A stretch of 28,443 nt of DNA from Spirochaetia bacterium. Its GTDB lineage: Bacteria; Spirochaetota; Leptospiria; Leptospirales; Leptonemataceae. The notes under the pieces were generated by a model. The model saw only the letters and a program-made list of their open reading frames with translations, had not been told where the DNA came from and did no database searches. Positions within the stretch are counted from its first letter, which is position 1. Every line of letters starts with the position of its first letter. The stretch spans positions 1 through 28,443 of the forward strand of contig JAOUOA010000001.1 of the NCBI GenBank assembly GCA_029880625.1. The letters run 5' to 3'. This document shows, piece by piece, positions 25,428 through 28,443 of the stretch. The translations under genes were made by a program, and so were the position numbers.

Positions 25428-25976
25428 ATGTTGATGAATTACAAGAAAGCAGCTTTTGTTTTTTCAGGAATTGCGGGCATGTTTCTGTTTTCCTGCGGCG
25501 GGGTTATGGAAAATCAGCCTGGACCGGTCATCCTGCCTGCTCATATTTTAAGCGGTTCGTTTATCGGAAAACGGATCATCAGAGACAGAAACTTCAATAT
25601 CAGAGCGGTAGCGGAGGTTGAGCGAAGCTGCCGAGCTGTGTCTGAACTGGAAGGCTTATGCGAGGATAAAATTCTTACATACGGAATCGAAGGTATTGTT
25701 CAGGAAAAATTTAAATATAAAATATATTTTGATGATCAGCTCCGCACTCATCTGTCAATCCAGGGAGACCGAGGTTCTCTTGATGGCAGACTGTACGGAG
25801 CAGGACTTTTTCTCACAGGATTATTGAAGATACCGGGTGAAAATAAAACGTCGTCGGTTCAGACGCGATGGGAGCGTATGTCGCTTCAGGATCATCGTAT
25901 TTCAATCCAGAGAGATATGTATTATTTTTCAGGATTCCTTTTTGCAGGGTCTGTTGAGACGGTCTGGCAGAAATAA
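25428..25976 (+). CDS. hypothetical lipoprotein
   Basis: Basic N-region, hydrophobic core and lipobox FLFS-C23. Fills the gap in a co-oriented run and abuts the next gene. The start could be 25434. Confidence 0.7.
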   Translation: MLMNYKKAAFVFSGIAGMFLFSCGGVMENQPGPVILPAHILSGSFIGKRIIRDRNFNIRAVAEVERSCRAVSELEGLCEDKILTYGIEGIVQEKFKYKIYFDDQLRTHLSIQGDRGSLDGRLYGAGLFLTGLLKIPGENKTSSVQTRWERMSLQDHRISIQRDMYYFSGFLFAGSVETVWQK

Positions 25977-27305
25977 GTGCCTTTAACAGTGATTAAAAAT
26001 ATAACTGACAGGTTCTCTTCCGGCGTACGCAGAGCGGCTGTTGTTTTTCTTGCACGGTCTCTGAATTCGTTCCTTGCTCTGATATTTTCTCTTATTGCGG
26101 GAAAAATACTGTCTGTTGAAGATCACGGTCTTTACGGACAGGCAATGGCAAGAATCATTGTCTTTCAGGCTTTCCTGGAAGTGGGACTTCAGTATTCTCT
26201 TGTCCGCTTTCTGACTCCTGCCATAAAAGAAAAAAATGCTTCGCTTACAGCAACCATCAATTCTGCATCTCTCCTCTTAAAGCTATATGCATTTCTTGCT
26301 GTAGGTGGGGTGACCCTTCTTTTTATTCCCGTATACGCAAATATGGCCGATTCGGTTTCTCTTATTGTTCCTTTTGTTTACCCCGACGGAATTTTAATTC
26401 TGTGGATGGTTTTTCTGGGCGGAGCAGGCATGTCGCTTATTTCCTATCTGGATGCGCTTCTGGTTTCTCATCAATATTATTTCCGGCTTTCGCTCTGGCT
26501 TCCCGGAGTAGGAATCCTTCGTCTTTTTTTTATAGGACTCTTGTTTTTCCTTGAAGACGGAGATATTTCGGGCGCTCATGTGGTCTATATTTTCTCGATT
26601 GTTCCTTATTTTGTTGTGATTTTATTTTTCTTATTTTTTTCTCCGTCATTTTTTTTTCAGAAACCTACCGGCGATATTCAGTTCTGGCTGAAAAAGCTGT
26701 TTTCTTATAATCTGTGGATTCTGGCAGCTTCGTTTTTCTCCATTACTTCCGACTGGATGGAAATCCTTCTGATTACAAATACAAGAGATTCAGGACTTTA
26801 TAATGCGGCAAGACTGCCCATGCAGGGTTTTTTAATTCTTCTTGCTACAATGCAGTCTATTTTGCTTCCCCGATTCAGTGTTCTGGAAACAAAAAGCGAG
26901 TATCTTGCTATCTTTAAAAGAATTTATAAATACATTATTCCTCTAACGGTAATGTTCCTTCCCGGTTTATGGATTTTTGCTCTTTTTATTCCGGCATGGT
27001 ACGGTGAAGAGTATCTTCCATCTGTTCAGCTTCTGTATGTCCTTTACCCCTCGTTTCTGCTCAGGATGGTTTTTGCTCCACTGGGTACGGCATTATTTGC
27101 CCTGGATCAGCCTCGTATCATCACAATTGAGGCAGGGCTTCGCATGATGGGGGGACTGGTCTTAAATTTAATTTTAATACCGGAATTCGGAATTATGGGC
27201 GCCGCTTTTGCAAATTTCTTTTCGCAGTTTGCCGGATGGGCATTTTTGATATACTGTTATTACCTCTATTTTACAACAGAAAGGTTCCCTCTCAATAAAA
27301 AATAG
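25977..27305 (+). CDS. MOP-superfamily oligosaccharide flippase (Wzx-like)
   Basis: About 12 hydrophobic segments, ILSVEDHGLY, EVGLQYSLVRF, LILIPEFGIMGAAFA. The GTG start immediately follows the upstream TAA. Confidence 0.85.
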   Translation: MPLTVIKNITDRFSSGVRRAAVVFLARSLNSFLALIFSLIAGKILSVEDHGLYGQAMARIIVFQAFLEVGLQYSLVRFLTPAIKEKNASLTATINSASLLLKLYAFLAVGGVTLLFIPVYANMADSVSLIVPFVYPDGILILWMVFLGGAGMSLISYLDALLVSHQYYFRLSLWLPGVGILRLFFIGLLFFLEDGDISGAHVVYIFSIVPYFVVILFFLFFSPSFFFQKPTGDIQFWLKKLFSYNLWILAASFFSITSDWMEILLITNTRDSGLYNAARLPMQGFLILLATMQSILLPRFSVLETKSEYLAIFKRIYKYIIPLTVMFLPGLWIFALFIPAWYGEEYLPSVQLLYVLYPSFLLRMVFAPLGTALFALDQPRIITIEAGLRMMGGLVLNLILIPEFGIMGAAFANFFSQFAGWAFLIYCYYLYFTTERFPLNKK

Positions 27306-27365
27306 AAATAGTTATTGAAAGTTCCGATTGACAGAAGCGCCCGAGGTCCGGTTTGGTGAAAGAAG

Positions 27366-28443
27366 ATGAAGGACAGTCCAAAAATTGATCCGTACCGCCA
27401 GAGTGTCTTTACACCGCCGGGGAAAACTGGAATTTTTTCAAGAGTCATTTTTCATTACTGGAATGATAAAATATTATTTTTTAATTCAGGCGATGACAGA
27501 AAAGATCTGCTTAAGGCAGCGATTCTCCTCTTTGGATTGTTTTTTGTTTTTACGCTGATGCTGGTTGCCTCTCCTGCAGATCCTTTTGTAGTTTTTCTGG
27601 ATAAAGGATATGAACGTCCTTCCATTGTTTATTCTGTGGGTGAAATCGGAGAGGATGTTGCTATTTCAGAGTACTATAATTTCAGCCGACGCGTTATACA
27701 CCTTGACCAAAAAAAGGCAGAGTCAAAGATTGCAAAATGCTTTGTTGCAACGGAAGATAACAATTTTTTCACCCATTTCGGAATTGATATACGGGGAATT
27801 TTACGCGCCGCTTTTGTAAATGTTATTGCCGGTAAAGTTAAAGAAGGAGCATCAACAATTACGCAGCAGGCGGCAAGACTTCGTTTCCTCTCAAGAAAAA
27901 GAAGCATGCTTCGCAAAGCCAGAGAGGCATTCTATGCTTTATGGATGGAATTGAGGTTCAGCAAACCGGAAATTCTGGAGATTTATTTTAACGAAGTGCC
28001 TTTAGGGCATGGCACCATCGGAGTGGAAGCTGCATCGCAATTCTATTTTGATAAAAATGTATTTGATCTTAACTGGGGCGAAGCAGCAGTCATAGCCTCC
28101 CTCACAACGCGTCCCAGAGACTTCAGTCCTCTGCGCGATGTAAATGAATCCCGTATGAAGGTTCGGGTTGTTTTCAAGCGCCTGATCGAAAACGGAATGA
28201 TTGATATTCGTGAAGCGACCCTGTCATACAGGAATCTTGAAGAAGATTATTATTCTGTACTGAACCGCTCTCCCAATGAAAGCGCATTCGGTCAGAGACT
28301 GAATCTGCACCCTTATGTAAGCGCATACGTTCGATCGGTTCTTCCAGGAAAATTCAAGCGCAAACTGGAAACAGGAGGACTTCATATTTTTACGACCATT
28401 CAGGAGGCTCATCAGAGGGCTGCAGAAGAAACCTTTATTCCCT
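27366..28443 (+). CDS. mrcA: class A penicillin-binding protein (PBP1A family), 3'-partial
   Basis: Not in the ORF track. Translated by hand from ATG 27366 (in-frame TGA at 27357) and open to the window end: MKDSPKIDPY..., a TM helix, then GT51 motifs ATEDNNFFTHFGID, GASTITQQAAR, RKAREA, EILEIYLN and GVEAASQFYF. The transpeptidase domain lies beyond the window. Confidence 0.93.
   Translation, partial: MKDSPKIDPYRQSVFTPPGKTGIFSRVIFHYWNDKILFFNSGDDRKDLLKAAILLFGLFFVFTLMLVASPADPFVVFLDKGYERPSIVYSVGEIGEDVAISEYYNFSRRVIHLDQKKAESKIAKCFVATEDNNFFTHFGIDIRGILRAAFVNVIAGKVKEGASTITQQAARLRFLSRKRSMLRKAREAFYALWMELRFSKPEILEIYFNEVPLGHGTIGVEAASQFYFDKNVFDLNWGEAAVIASLTTRPRDFSPLRDVNESRMKVRVVFKRLIENGMIDIREATLSYRNLEEDYYSVLNRSPNESAFGQRLNLHPYVSAYVRSVLPGKFKRKLETGGLHIFTTIQEAHQRAAEETFIP

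Noticed and set aside
27328-27333. Perfect TTGACA upstream of the PBP1A gene
   Set aside because: There is no -10-like hexamer at 16-18 nt spacing (GTTTGG at 17 nt).
421-28412. Many short ORFs in the track overlapping long genes (e.g. 1570-1884, 3357-3617, 3631-3984, 15439-15933, 21585-21962, 23820-24386, 27610-27819, 27674-27916)
   Set aside because: They are antisense or off-frame shadows of well-supported genes, with no motifs, RBS or protein-like composition.
1-28443. CRISPR arrays, tRNA/rRNA genes, transposases, integrases, prophage or defence genes
   Set aside because: No regularly spaced repeats, structural RNA signatures or recognisable motifs were seen; the intergenic gaps are short and AT-rich.

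Overview
An AT-rich bacterial chromosomal window. Gene content suggests a Leptospiraceae-type spirochete (DUF1577 YcgR-like protein, LipL45-like FecR protein, spirochete-type lipoboxes, short SMC); this taxonomy is inference, not a database result. The left end has a 5'-truncated OmpA-domain gene, a DUF1577/PilZ gene and hisS (+), converging with no gap on an isolated beta-ketoacyl-ACP synthase and a LipL45-like gene (-). The centre (6035-19020, -) is a tightly coupled seven-gene operon: membrane-anchored TPR protein, TolC-family channel, periplasmic adaptor with a long alpha-hairpin, two paralogous lipoproteins with four Ig-like (Big_5-type) domains each, and two AcrB-family RND permeases. 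This is the best candidate for an uncharacterised system. The Ig lipoproteins sit inside the pump operon and share N- and C-terminal motifs, the TolC appears to carry an extra beta-hairpin, and both RNDs have non-AcrB proton-relay residues. The right part has a Maf-family glycosyltransferase (-) divergent from a run of smc (919 aa, no recognisable hinge), a PEGA-domain envelope protein, a lipoprotein, a Wzx-like flippase and a class A PBP (3'-truncated, missing from the ORF track). I saw no rRNA, tRNA, CRISPR array or mobile element.
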